Shown in pieces: positions 11,305 to 21,369 of a DNA stretch of 64,000 nt. How positions within the stretch are numbered: position 1 is the stretch's first letter; each line of letters opens with the position of its first letter. The position numbers and the translations under genes were made by a program. Below the pieces are notes generated by a model. That model had not been told where the DNA came from. It saw nothing but the letters and a program-made list of their open reading frames with translations, and ran no database searches. The stretch lies in the IMG/VR virus record IMGVR_UViG_3300030108_003057, positions 1-64,000 of that record; one strand, 5' to 3'. This stretch comes from a virus.

Positions 11305-11981
11305 ACTGGGAAGATATAGTTAAAGCCCCACCTAGACCTTATAATAAGGGAAAATTTAGAGAATTTGAGAGAACACAACCTATATCTGAGTATGGTATGC
11401 CTAGAGCATTAGGTCAATTTAATATAAAAAAAGATGAGATGAATTTAACAAAAGAATTTGAACCATTAATTACTTATAATCCATATATGGATAAATCATT
11501 AGAAGACACTAGTGTATTAACAGAATTAAGGGGAGGTACAAAACTTACATTAAGAGAAATACAACAAGAGTTATCTGAGGAAGGATTATTAGATGCGGGA
11601 CTTTCTGAAGATGAATATATGAATACCGATAGTGTTTTATTACAAGAATTAGATAAAATAACAAAATCATTTTTTGATATATATGAACAGATGTTAGATG
11701 ATTTATACGACCATTTTGAAGCATGGAAAGCATGGGTTGGTTGGAATAAATTTACTAAAACTTATCATAGTCAGGAAGTTGATGGGGTTGAATCTTATAA
11801 ATATAATGATATACATAAATTATCTTATATAAAACGCGAATTAGATGAATTATCTAAACATGTAAAATTAGCAAAAACTAATAAATATTATAATGATAGT
11901 GAATTTGTTAACGACATGGTTAATAATGTTGAAAAGGGAATCAATGATGTTCGTGGTTTAATTGATAAATATGAACAATAA
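11301..11981 (+). CDS. Hypothetical protein with MNWEDIVK tag
   Basis: ORF track; ATGA coupling; shared N-terminal motif. Confidence 0.65.
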   Translation: MNWEDIVKAPPRPYNKGKFREFERTQPISEYGMPRALGQFNIKKDEMNLTKEFEPLITYNPYMDKSLEDTSVLTELRGGTKLTLREIQQELSEEGLLDAGLSEDEYMNTDSVLLQELDKITKSFFDIYEQMLDDLYDHFEAWKAWVGWNKFTKTYHSQEVDGVESYKYNDIHKLSYIKRELDELSKHVKLAKTNKYYNDSEFVNDMVNNVEKGINDVRGLIDKYEQ

Positions 11982-12222
11982 GAGAAAATTAAAGATAAGA
12001 AAGTGGTTTAGAGACCTAAAAAATAAATCTGCTTGTGAAATATGCGGAGAAAGTCACCCTTCTTGTTTAGAATTTCACCATTTAAAGAAAAAAGACAATA
12101 TTATTTCAAAAATGGTAGCATCTGGCTATGCAATTGATACAATTCAGAAAGAAATGGCTAAATGCCAGATAGTTTGTGCTAATTGCCATAGAAAAATACA
12201 TTATTTAGACGAAAAAAAATGA
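11962..12222 (+). CDS. HNH endonuclease
   Basis: CEICG...LEFHH...KCQIVCANCHRKIH zinc-binding HNH motif. Confidence 0.85.
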   Translation: MINMNNKRKLKIRKWFRDLKNKSACEICGESHPSCLEFHHLKKKDNIISKMVASGYAIDTIQKEMAKCQIVCANCHRKIHYLDEKK

Positions 12223-12225
12223 CTT

Positions 12226-12289
12226 TAGAAAAAAAATAAAAAAAAGGTGGACCCGACCCCCGATTTGGGGGCCGAATCCGTATTTTTTA
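12226..12289. terminator. Bidirectional terminator-like element between convergent blocks
   Basis: A-tract, then a GC-rich imperfect hairpin (ggacccgacccc...gggggccgaatcc), then a T-tract, between convergent genes. Confidence 0.6.
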
Positions 12290-12895
12290 CCATTCGACTT
12301 GTAATTCTTCAATTTTATCTTCTATTTCGTCATAAAACTTAACAATTCCATTATCTTGACCATAGCGCCAAAGGTCATAAGTTAATTTAGTGTCGCTAAT
12401 GCAATATTTTAGAACTTCTTCAAATTCTCCTGCTCTCCACTTAACTACTGCATCAGTTCCAGCCATTAACTTACCTGTATCTAATGTACACTTAACTGTA
12501 TTGTCTAAATGTATTCTTTTACCAGATAATTTACTTAAAATAGCAGATGTATCTATACATCTTTCTTCTTTTTCTTGTAAATATTTTCTAACAATATAAA
12601 TATCCATCGAGTCACGCAATACAGGTAAATCAAAGACATTAATATTATGTCCTAATAATTTACCGCCCTTCTGAAAGTGGTCATCTAAGTCATACTTTAG
12701 TTGTTTTAGGGGTTTCCACTCAACCTCTTCGCTTTTACATAGTTCTGAATTTCCACCACTATCTGAATAAATAGTAGCGTTATCTCCATCCCATGTTGCT
12801 ACACAGGCTACCTTAAATAAATGAGGATTTCCCCAACCCCCAATCTCGTGACTTAAATTTTGTGTTTCTATATCTATTGATAATACATTATTCAT
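12287..12895 (-). CDS. DEDD/RNase H-like 3'-5' exonuclease
   Basis: SIDIET (ExoI), GHNINVFD (ExoII), YCISD (ExoIII). Confidence 0.8.
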   Translation of the reverse strand: MNNVLSIDIETQNLSHEIGGWGNPHLFKVACVATWDGDNATIYSDSGGNSELCKSEEVEWKPLKQLKYDLDDHFQKGGKLLGHNINVFDLPVLRDSMDIYIVRKYLQEKEERCIDTSAILSKLSGKRIHLDNTVKCTLDTGKLMAGTDAVVKWRAGEFEEVLKYCISDTKLTYDLWRYGQDNGIVKFYDEIEDKIEELQVEW

Positions 12896-14414
12896 TTTGT
12901 TCCCTCAGTTTTACATATGATTTTTTGTTTCTCTTTTCATCAAATAAGTGTTTTACATCAGGCCAAGTTCTGTAAAACTTACTTGTAGCGCAACCTAAAT
13001 GTTTAGCATAAGAATGCACCAAAGTAGTTTTTAGAACCCAACCATTCTCTCCATCAATTCTAACCTTTTTACAAGAATTGTAAACTGTTCTATAAATACT
13101 TTCTGTTTGATTAGAAATTCTTCTTTTAGGTGATGCTTTAAGTTTATCTGAAAACCATGTAGTTATTGAATCAAAACTGGCATCAGTTAACTGTCTACCC
13201 ATATCAATGTGTCTAGGTTGTATAATATGTGTTCTTTCAGATATTGCACACAAAGCAGCAGCAATAGAAATATTGTTAATAATATTCATTAAGAAAGTAT
13301 TTAGTGCTTCAAACACTTGGTCTTCAATGCCTTCCATATACTTCCGCATCCCACGATGTACTACCATTAGTTTCTTTTGTGCATCAGGACTCCATACTAC
13401 TACTTTTCTTCTATCACCATCAACTTGTTCTAATCTATTTTGAACCCATCTATAAGTTCCGTAAATCATTTCTGAAAATTCTTCCGTGTATTGACTATTA
13501 GCATTTTCATCACCATCGATAATCATACCTATATTAGAGATATATTCCTCTTCCATTTTCTGTTTTAGGGATTCTGGAACCTCTCTAACATATAACCACA
13601 TACGTTGAAATACACCTTTAGTTAAGATAACTCTTTCTAATCCTTCTGGTGGTAAAGTTGTAGCCCACAAAGACCTTTGTGAATCTACTATCAAATCCTT
13701 TCCCCATTCTGTTAGACGTTTCTTAATTAAGTGTGTATCAGAATCCAAACGATTCATGAACTTCTGAAATAACATTACTGTTTCAGACTTATGTTGTGAT
13801 TCTTTAAATATACCAGAATGTTCAAATTCATCGAATGCAATTATTCCGCTACCGTATAGACTACCATAAATAGGAATATCTGTAAGTTCAGGTATGTTAT
13901 AATCTTCTTCATTCGCTTGTGCTCTATCATAGTCTGGATTAGGTTGATTAATTTTTAATGTTCCTAGTAGGGCTTGGTCTGTAAAACTATCTGGATTTTG
14001 TAAATTAAACTCTTTAACGCCCCTTAGAGGTAGTCTAGGCTCTCTTAATCTAGTGGGGTGAGTATTTGTTAATTCAAATAATTTATTCCATACGGGCATA
14101 AGAAAATCAAACATAGTTGTTTTTCCTGACCTTGCTGATTGAATCCAACAAAAGTGGATTCTTGGGTCAAGGGCTAATCGCCCTATTGGGATTCTAACGG
14201 AATCTTTTAGAATCTGACCCAATGTTACAAAATAACCCATAGTGGCTGGATATTCATTGTGTAATGAATATTGTCCCACTACATCTACCCAACGTTTTAC
14301 ATCATCAGGTAAGGTTACTGATTCACTTCTTAATGTAGTATAGACTTCATCTTTTCTGATTGCATCTAATTTATCGTAAATTTCCCACGCATCTATATCA
14401 TAGTCTTGTCCCAT
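12888..14414 (-). CDS. MCM-like AAA+ ATPase, putative replicative helicase
   Basis: Walker A-like SARSGKT, Walker B IIAFDEFE, arginine-finger-like FQRM, possible C-terminal winged helix; lies in the replication cluster. Confidence 0.65.
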   Translation of the reverse strand: MGQDYDIDAWEIYDKLDAIRKDEVYTTLRSESVTLPDDVKRWVDVVGQYSLHNEYPATMGYFVTLGQILKDSVRIPIGRLALDPRIHFCWIQSARSGKTTMFDFLMPVWNKLFELTNTHPTRLREPRLPLRGVKEFNLQNPDSFTDQALLGTLKINQPNPDYDRAQANEEDYNIPELTDIPIYGSLYGSGIIAFDEFEHSGIFKESQHKSETVMLFQKFMNRLDSDTHLIKKRLTEWGKDLIVDSQRSLWATTLPPEGLERVILTKGVFQRMWLYVREVPESLKQKMEEEYISNIGMIIDGDENANSQYTEEFSEMIYGTYRWVQNRLEQVDGDRRKVVVWSPDAQKKLMVVHRGMRKYMEGIEDQVFEALNTFLMNIINNISIAAALCAISERTHIIQPRHIDMGRQLTDASFDSITTWFSDKLKASPKRRISNQTESIYRTVYNSCKKVRIDGENGWVLKTTLVHSYAKHLGCATSKFYRTWPDVKHLFDEKRNKKSYVKLREQNE

Positions 14415-15109
14415 TATTCTCTTACCTCCTTTTCTTCATTTAATGTTTTTAATATTCTATTTGCTATAACTGTACCAAAACCATCTAATTCGGTAATTTC
14501 TTTTACCGAAGCAGAAGATAGTTCTGCTATACTTCCCCATTTATTTAGTAGTGTTTTTGCTTTTATTACTGATATTCCTTTAATTTGTGTTAACATATCT
14601 ATTCTTAAATCATCTGTTCTTTGTTTTTTAGGTAATGCTTTAGTTAATTCAAAATTACCATCTAAGTGTGAATACATTGCTAATATACAATGGGATGCAA
14701 CTGTTACATCAGGAACCCATAATACCTTAGTATTAGTATTAATTTGTAGTGCGCCCACTGCACCGACAAACATTCTTTTTAATCTATTTCTCCAATGTAT
14801 AGAATCAAATTGTCTATTATTAACTCTATCAAGATACTGCATGGCTTCTTCAAAAGTTCCATATATTAATACTACAGATATATCGTAGTTATCTAACATA
14901 TTAGATGCTTGATTAAATACACGTTGGTTTCTAACAGATGCTAAAAAATCACCCGATGATTTTGCTTCTATTGCTACCGTTTTACTAGCAGACATAACAT
15001 AGTCACCTATTTCTAACCACTGTTTTTTATATTCAACCTTTTGTTCTGCACACAGTTTAATTACTGCTCCGCTTAATATTGAATCTTCTCTACTATCTAT
15101 TAATATCAT
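14414..15109 (-). CDS. ERCC4/XPF-family nuclease with helix-hairpin-helix domain
   Basis: ILIDSRE, LEIGDYV, IEAKSSGDF (ERKxxxD variant), HhH motifs IKGIS..KA and LDGFG..IA. Confidence 0.85.
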   Translation of the reverse strand: MILIDSREDSILSGAVIKLCAEQKVEYKKQWLEIGDYVMSASKTVAIEAKSSGDFLASVRNQRVFNQASNMLDNYDISVVLIYGTFEEAMQYLDRVNNRQFDSIHWRNRLKRMFVGAVGALQINTNTKVLWVPDVTVASHCILAMYSHLDGNFELTKALPKKQRTDDLRIDMLTQIKGISVIKAKTLLNKWGSIAELSSASVKEITELDGFGTVIANRILKTLNEEKEVRE

Positions 15110-16137
15110 TCACCGTACCTCCAACATTTACCTACACAAAACCCTTCATTGATTAATGTATTGCATGAAGCGGACATGTATCTTTTGTCTACTATAAATG
15201 AAATATGTTTCATTGTTTCTTGTTCATTGTAATCAATCCATACATCATTATTATCTGCTATTGTAGATATTTCTTTAGCAATTGTTTGTTTAATAGTTCT
15301 CAAAGCGTCACCTCTCAGGTTTCTAGGTGAACCAGTTTGGCCTGATTCAATCATAGCCAATTCTGATACAAATTCATTATACCATTGAGTTAATAATACT
15401 CTTGCTCTATGATTAGGATTTTCTACCATTACCGCATTCTTTAAACAAGGTAAAATAGGTAGTTCTCCCGGAGATTCTACACTATCAATTTCTATCGGTA
15501 ATGCTTCAAACTCTTTTACTTCGGGCCATTGAACTAATTTATCCCCTACATATCTATCTTCAGGAGGCAAATTTCTTTTACCTTTAGATAGGCTTAATAT
15601 ATATGGTAAATGGTTTAACCTATCTGATGGAATTAAAGGAATACAATATCTATCCCCTAACATATTCCAAGTATTTAATACTCTTCTTAATCTAGCGGTA
15701 TTAATTACAGAAGCATCTAAAGTATTAGATTGCGCTACATCGACACATAAATTAAAAAAAGATTTAATCTGTCTAATATTATCTGCTACTTCACCATAGA
15801 CAAAAATGTAGAATCCTCGCCCACTAAAAGCCATAGAGTGTTTATAATTTTTTGACTGTAGCCATCTAGCAACTTTCAAGAAAGCCTCGTGTGCTTCTTC
15901 TATATTACCATCATGGGCATCGAAGTCTAGAAATATACGGTCAAGTATTATCGAGTGTTCTAAACCTCTATTATGGGAAAATTCTCGAAAGTCATATACA
16001 GAAGTATATACATTCATTTTGCCGTTATATGTTCTAACAAAATTATTATATTCTTCTTTATTCTCAACCACTACCCTTGACGGATTTATCGCTCCTTTTA
16101 TATGACTACCTGCCCACATTTCCCTAGGATATTTCAA
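15106..16137 (-). CDS. Archaeo-eukaryotic primase, PriS catalytic domain fused to a PriL C-terminal Fe-S-like domain
   Basis: FLDFD, FSGRGFYIFV, D.......R..R...T.N; C-terminal LPC...NHRAR...SCNTL...FCVGKC. Confidence 0.8.
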   Translation of the reverse strand: MKYPREMWAGSHIKGAINPSRVVVENKEEYNNFVRTYNGKMNVYTSVYDFREFSHNRGLEHSIILDRIFLDFDAHDGNIEEAHEAFLKVARWLQSKNYKHSMAFSGRGFYIFVYGEVADNIRQIKSFFNLCVDVAQSNTLDASVINTARLRRVLNTWNMLGDRYCIPLIPSDRLNHLPYILSLSKGKRNLPPEDRYVGDKLVQWPEVKEFEALPIEIDSVESPGELPILPCLKNAVMVENPNHRARVLLTQWYNEFVSELAMIESGQTGSPRNLRGDALRTIKQTIAKEISTIADNNDVWIDYNEQETMKHISFIVDKRYMSASCNTLINEGFCVGKCWRYGE

Positions 16138-16583
16138 TCAATCATCCCCTGTTCTCTCATTTCATCACCTGTTAATAATTTAGCATCTGCTCTAATTCTA
16201 TCTTTAAGAGAAGTTATTGCTGGAATTTCTTCTTCCTCCTCAATTACTTCCTCAATTACTTCTTCTGTTTTAACTAAGGCTTCTGGTGAATATCTCATTG
16301 AAGAACTAATATCAACTTCTGCATCTTCTAAGAATACAGCCATAGTAGTTCTAACAAACTTAGATGCCTTAGTTAAGAATTGGTCCTTAATAAATTCTTG
16401 TGCTGATTTATCTAAAAATACAAAAACATCTTCAAAATTTAATTCTTCAAATGTTTCATCAGCAACCACTTTAGCAGTTTGTTCTAAATTAATTATATCT
16501 CTAACTGCCCATTTTTTGTCTGAAATTTTTCCCATTATAAATTGTTCTACTTTATCACCAGAATTCATATGAATTACCTCCAC
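16134..16583 (-). CDS. Hypothetical acidic protein
   Basis: ORF coupled between the primase and Cas4-like genes. Confidence 0.6.
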   Translation of the reverse strand: MEVIHMNSGDKVEQFIMGKISDKKWAVRDIINLEQTAKVVADETFEELNFEDVFVFLDKSAQEFIKDQFLTKASKFVRTTMAVFLEDAEVDISSSMRYSPEALVKTEEVIEEVIEEEEEIPAITSLKDRIRADAKLLTGDEMREQGMID

Positions 16584-17418
16584 TTACTGCTTCACAATGG
16601 TCATAGTGACCACAGTGTACACATTTTTTAATAAAGAAATCAGCCGGAAAGTCATTGTTTTTATAATGACTAATTAACTTATCAATTGATTTAATCACAG
16701 AAGTTGTAGTTCTCTTAGAAACCTTTTCTCCATAAACATAATTTGATGCTGGATAAAACCAACCCCAATGTGTTATGTTAATATCAGGGTCTAACCCAAC
16801 CTTTTTCTTTTGTTCATCATCTGCACATTCATATAATAATTTATAAAATGCCATTTCTTTTCTCATCATTGTTTTCTTTGAATCTTTCCAAGTACCAGTC
16901 TTTAATTCAAAGGGTAAATATCCCCCATCTTCTAAAAACATTCTATCAATAATACCTTGTAGATGTACAGTTACTCCGTCATCATTAGTATATCTACCAT
17001 CTAACATAACTTCATTACCTACTGGTATATAATTACCTAGAGTGTTTTCTTCCATAGATTCCATAAACCTTTCAACATCATATGCTGCCATAGCAGTATA
17101 TATTGATTCATATGAATCATCTTTAGCATCACCATAGAGACCACGAAAATAATTAACTACTTCCATTGGACTTTCTATGAGTGACTCAGCCTTCTTAATA
17201 TCCATATCATCCCAAAACTTTTCTCGCGCATCGTGAATAATAGTTCCTTTTAACATGGCTTCTGATGTTTTTTGTTTTATATTATCAATATATGAATATT
17301 TATAATTTAGTCTACAAAAACCAAAAGAACCTAGGGATGATTTTGTTATCTTAAGCATTGGACCGTCCTCATCATACGGGTTCCAACTATATGTATATAT
17401 TCCATTTTCTGTTCTCAT
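16555..17418 (-). CDS. Cas4/RecB-like PD-(D/E)xK exonuclease with Fe-S cysteines
   Basis: N-terminal FC, GTIIH, GIIDR, ELKTG, C-terminal CVHCGHYDHC. Confidence 0.85.
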   Translation of the reverse strand: MRTENGIYTYSWNPYDEDGPMLKITKSSLGSFGFCRLNYKYSYIDNIKQKTSEAMLKGTIIHDAREKFWDDMDIKKAESLIESPMEVVNYFRGLYGDAKDDSYESIYTAMAAYDVERFMESMEENTLGNYIPVGNEVMLDGRYTNDDGVTVHLQGIIDRMFLEDGGYLPFELKTGTWKDSKKTMMRKEMAFYKLLYECADDEQKKKVGLDPDINITHWGWFYPASNYVYGEKVSKRTTTSVIKSIDKLISHYKNNDFPADFFIKKCVHCGHYDHCEAVSGGNSYEFW

Positions 17419-17453
17419 TCTATATTCCTTCTTATAATTTAATTGTGGAAGTC

Positions 17454-17954
17454 TTAGTATCGTACTTCCGTCATTTCTTTTACTCGCTGTAGCGCGTTCA
17501 CTTTTTTTAGTTCGTCAATAAGTTGACTTGCCTCCCTTCGCGTTAAACCGATTGGAACTTCCCCACCTAATTTCTTAATATATTTGATTTGTTTTTCTGT
17601 TGGTTCTAATTCTGCATTATCCATCGCTACTTCTTTAGCATCTAATTTCTTTCTAATCATAGAAGCAGTAGTCAAATCGTGGCATTGTTTACACAATTCA
17701 ATTACATTACCTCTAAGTTTAATATAATGATGTAGTCCCTCTTCTTTACATCTATGTTGTGAGATAATATGATGCCATTCGGTATATCCTTCTGCACCGC
17801 ATATCTGGCATTCACCTGTTTTATCCCATAATTCTCCTTCTTGTGCAAGGAGATTATCTAACGTTTCTTGTCGAGCGATAACTGTTTGCTCGGCTTTCTT
17901 TAAGGCTTCTACGGCCTTCATAATACTTTTTCTATATGTTTTTGTTTTACTCAT
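17454..17954 (-). CDS. HNH endonuclease with C-terminal helical domain
   Basis: CQICG...EWHHII...NVIELCKQCH; C-terminal PTEKQIKYIKKLG...TRREASQLID. Confidence 0.75.
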   Translation of the reverse strand: MSKTKTYRKSIMKAVEALKKAEQTVIARQETLDNLLAQEGELWDKTGECQICGAEGYTEWHHIISQHRCKEEGLHHYIKLRGNVIELCKQCHDLTTASMIRKKLDAKEVAMDNAELEPTEKQIKYIKKLGGEVPIGLTRREASQLIDELKKVNALQRVKEMTEVRY

Positions 17955-17955
17955 T

Positions 17956-20406
17956 TTACCACCAATCTTCTATATGAGATTGAATCCCTCTCATTGAGAT
18001 ATTCTGTAAATCCCATCCTAGACTATCATAAATTAAAGTTACTTTCTTTATTACTTCGGACTCGGCTAATGACTCCCAATCTGGAGGATAGTCGTCAATA
18101 ACCTCATCAACCTTTTTATAGGCGATATAGTCCACAGGTCTTGTTCGTTCTTTAACCATAAAAGTTCGCGCCTTTTTAACCTTGCTGTTATTACATCTAT
18201 AATAGAAATAACTATCACCAAGATTAATAGTGCCTATTTCATTGTTGTATACCATAACACCGGCTACGCCTCCTGATATTGCTTTGTATTTACTTAGCGG
18301 AGTTCTTAATCGACTACGCTTTGCTATCAAGTTAATATCTACCTTTCCATCTTTCATTTCATTATAGGCGGTTTTACAATATGTAGTTATGTTTGTTTCA
18401 TTTTTATTTTGTGCTACCATTTCTAATACTGTTAATTGTAAATTTTTTGCGAATTCTGTTTCGTTACTTTTCTTTGCCTCAAATCCCATCATAAAGAATT
18501 TATCTTCTTCTAAATATTTACCATCTTTCCATGATAAATACCCACAGTATCTATTCTTCTTTTGTGATAGGAAGAATGATTTAGCAAATTTTTCAAATTC
18601 TAATGTTACATAATCATTAAATATATTATTCTTTAGATGAACATTTAACTGATTACATAGTTTTTGACTTTCTTCAGGATTATCTACTAATACAAATATT
18701 GAATCCGTATGACCATAAATTACTTTATAGCCTAACTCTTGTGCTTTAAATGCAGCACTTCTCATAGCGTGTCTAGCGGATGCAGTAATAGCAGCGGCCA
18801 TTTTCATATTGCCCCAACCAAATCCATCATATGCTAAAACCCCATATAGAGCATTAACTACTCTTTTAGTTGCTAATTGTGCTGAATCCCATTTGCGTTT
18901 TTCTTCATCTGTACTAGCCTCCTTAAGATTCTTTTTGTAACTATCTCTCATTTCCATTAATTTAATAACAGTTTGAGGTAGTACACCTAGAGGTTTCTTT
19001 GTAAAGGAGATAGAAGGTAATACCTTTTCTCTATCAAAGGCTCCTAGGTTTTTAGGCGTCTGAAAATATATATGATTAGCATTATCTTCTTGTGTTATAG
19101 ATTCCCAACTAATATTGTTCGCCGCCATCATTGATGGGTACAAAGATTTAAAGTCAAATACTGCAACATTTTTGTGTAAACCATATGTAGTTTCTAATAA
19201 TGGGTCCATAACGAATGCTGCTTCATATTTTTCTTTATTACCTTTGATACCAGTTGGTGCTTTCCAATCTGCATTACGCATAAAGTATGATGCTCCCATT
19301 TGACTATTATAAAATACACATTCAAATGGACAAATTAGTAACCTTTGTAGTGCTAAATCGTTTTCACTAATACGCATCTTATCATCCATCTCGACCATAA
19401 GTTTAACGTCAACATAGTTATATTCAAGAAATACTTCTGTATCTTCAAGCCATGCTCTACGGAAAAATTCATCTCCTTCAAACTTAGACTTCTTAACTTT
19501 ACCACCAGCATCTTCACCTAGTAATGCTTTAGAACAATACTCAAGAGATAAAGATGGTAACGTTCCTCTTTGGGAATCTAACCACAATCTTTCAAATCTA
19601 GTCATTAGACAATAAGTAATTCTACCCTTAATTGGTTGAGCAGTATTATTATAGTCTACTCTAGGCATTTTAGATAAATCTGTATATACTCCGCGTACTT
19701 CATTATACGGACTTAATCTTTTTGCATTGATACCATGAGAACACATATTTTTAATTATAGTAGGAATATCAAAACCTAATATATACCAACCGATTATCAT
19801 ATCTGGGTCTTGTGTATCTAAGTCCGTAATAAATCTAAATAATAGGTCTCTTTCATTATCACATATAATCAAATCTATATTATCTTGTAACCATTTGTTT
19901 TCTAATTCCATTGATTCAGGAAACCATGTATAAACCATATATCTCTCAGTAAAATTATCATAGACAGTAATCGCGTTAATCTTTTTATCGTATCTTCCAC
20001 CTACAACAGTTTCAATATCAACATACCATTTTCTTAGATTATATTCCTGTATATTATCTAATCTGTCTACGCAATACTTTCTGGCTAATGAAATATCCGC
20101 TTCATATGTTTTAATCTGTTTACTATGAAATATATCTTTTAACCAATAAGTTTCCATATTGCTACCCAAACTAACCTTAATTAGTTCTTCTCTATCTATG
20201 CTATATTCCTTAGTAACATCGTAGGTAGGTCTTAGTGTTTTCCTATTACCAAAATGGGTGTATGAATACCTTTGTTCTGTTTTATGAAAATCATTTGCAC
20301 TAATATAAAAATAGTGACTATAATCTTCTATTGTTCTTGCCAGACGCTCATTCTTCTTCCCGCGCCATCTTAACCTTACTTTGTCTCTTACTTCTGTAAT
20401 TATCAT
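17956..20406 (-). CDS. polB: Family B DNA polymerase
   Basis: Exonuclease motifs DIET, GWYILGFD, YNYVD; polymerase motifs DFKSLYPS, KRVVNALYG, YGHTDS, KNRY; C-terminal PIP box QSHIEDWW. Confidence 0.95.
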   Translation of the reverse strand: MIITEVRDKVRLRWRGKKNERLARTIEDYSHYFYISANDFHKTEQRYSYTHFGNRKTLRPTYDVTKEYSIDREELIKVSLGSNMETYWLKDIFHSKQIKTYEADISLARKYCVDRLDNIQEYNLRKWYVDIETVVGGRYDKKINAITVYDNFTERYMVYTWFPESMELENKWLQDNIDLIICDNERDLLFRFITDLDTQDPDMIIGWYILGFDIPTIIKNMCSHGINAKRLSPYNEVRGVYTDLSKMPRVDYNNTAQPIKGRITYCLMTRFERLWLDSQRGTLPSLSLEYCSKALLGEDAGGKVKKSKFEGDEFFRRAWLEDTEVFLEYNYVDVKLMVEMDDKMRISENDLALQRLLICPFECVFYNSQMGASYFMRNADWKAPTGIKGNKEKYEAAFVMDPLLETTYGLHKNVAVFDFKSLYPSMMAANNISWESITQEDNANHIYFQTPKNLGAFDREKVLPSISFTKKPLGVLPQTVIKLMEMRDSYKKNLKEASTDEEKRKWDSAQLATKRVVNALYGVLAYDGFGWGNMKMAAAITASARHAMRSAAFKAQELGYKVIYGHTDSIFVLVDNPEESQKLCNQLNVHLKNNIFNDYVTLEFEKFAKSFFLSQKKNRYCGYLSWKDGKYLEEDKFFMMGFEAKKSNETEFAKNLQLTVLEMVAQNKNETNITTYCKTAYNEMKDGKVDINLIAKRSRLRTPLSKYKAISGGVAGVMVYNNEIGTINLGDSYFYYRCNNSKVKKARTFMVKERTRPVDYIAYKKVDEVIDDYPPDWESLAESEVIKKVTLIYDSLGWDLQNISMRGIQSHIEDWW

Positions 20407-20659
20407 ATATATCTTCTTCCTTTATAGTGTCGGGATTATATACTTGCATAACAGGAGAGGAAATCCCAATACCCCAACTGTCGTATGTTTCTACTACCCT
20501 AATAGTAGGAAAGGTTTTACCCTTCGCTGCTTTATTTCTTAATATAATATGATGTGCTTTTTCTTTGGATAGATAACTACCCATGTATAAACATTCATAA
20601 TCTTTACCGTCGTATCTAAAAAATATAGGTTGTGATAAATCGATAGGTACTCTTACCAT
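20348..20659 (-). CDS. Hypothetical protein
   Basis: ORF track, same-strand operon. Confidence 0.55.
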   Translation of the reverse strand: MVRVPIDLSQPIFFRYDGKDYECLYMGSYLSKEKAHHIILRNKAAKGKTFPTIRVVETYDSWGIGISSPVMQVYNPDTIKEEDIYDNYRSKRQSKVKMAREEE

Positions 20660-20883
20660 AGTGGGTCTTCAACTCCCGGTAATTCAATTACCCATTGTAA
20701 AGATTTAACAACGCCTCTTAATGCATTAAAGTTTCTAACTGCTTCTGCAATGTCTGACCTAGGATAACGATTATCTGGATTAGTACTATTATAATCTTTC
20801 ATTTCTAATAGATATGTTTCCCATTCATCTCTTAGTCGTTTTGCTTCTTGCATCATTTCTCTTACTTCTTTATTATCTCTCAT
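20653..20883 (-). CDS. Hypothetical protein
   Basis: ORF track, RBS GAGGGAG upstream. Confidence 0.6.
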   Translation of the reverse strand: MRDNKEVREMMQEAKRLRDEWETYLLEMKDYNSTNPDNRYPRSDIAEAVRNFNALRGVVKSLQWVIELPGVEDPLW

Positions 20884-20884
20884 A

Positions 20885-21139
20885 TTACTCCCTCATTATA
20901 TACAAATATTCATTATAAGGTATATCCTTATCTTCTGCTAACATATCATTTCTTAACATATCGCAATATGTAATTAGTTCAGAAAACGTTATGTAGTCTT
21001 CTAATTTATCTGTACCTAATATTTCTATTAATTTACGCTCTAATTTCTTACAGTCACCGCATATAGGTATTTCCTGTATTGCGGATTTATTCAGTAGTTT
21101 AGTTTTTCTTTCTGCACATGTATTACAATATTCTGCCAT
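20885..21139 (-). CDS. Small zinc-finger protein
   Basis: CNTC...CGDC. Confidence 0.55.
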   Translation of the reverse strand: MAEYCNTCAERKTKLLNKSAIQEIPICGDCKKLERKLIEILGTDKLEDYITFSELITYCDMLRNDMLAEDKDIPYNEYLYIMRE

Positions 21140-21369
21140 TATTCTTCCTCTCCCACTAATAACTCTTCATTCCCTTCTTCTAAAATTAGTGTTTGTAGTA
21201 TGCTTTCAATTATAGCCATCTGGCCTAATATAAATGCAATCTTTTCTTCATTCGTTTCTACCTTAAGTTCTTTCATGGACATATATTCTTCAATTGAATT
21301 ATATCCTTCCATGTTCAATATCTGTCTCAATTCATTCTGTAACGGTTTTATAAAATCTAATAAATTCAT
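21139..21369 (-). CDS. Hypothetical protein
   Basis: Coupled ORF in the operon. Confidence 0.55.
   Translation of the reverse strand: MNLLDFIKPLQNELRQILNMEGYNSIEEYMSMKELKVETNEEKIAFILGQMAIIESILQTLILEEGNEELLVGEEE

Noticed and set aside
16555-17418. Cas4-like gene as evidence of a CRISPR-Cas system
   Set aside because: It is a solo Cas4/RecB-type nuclease in the replication operon, which is common in archaeal viruses.
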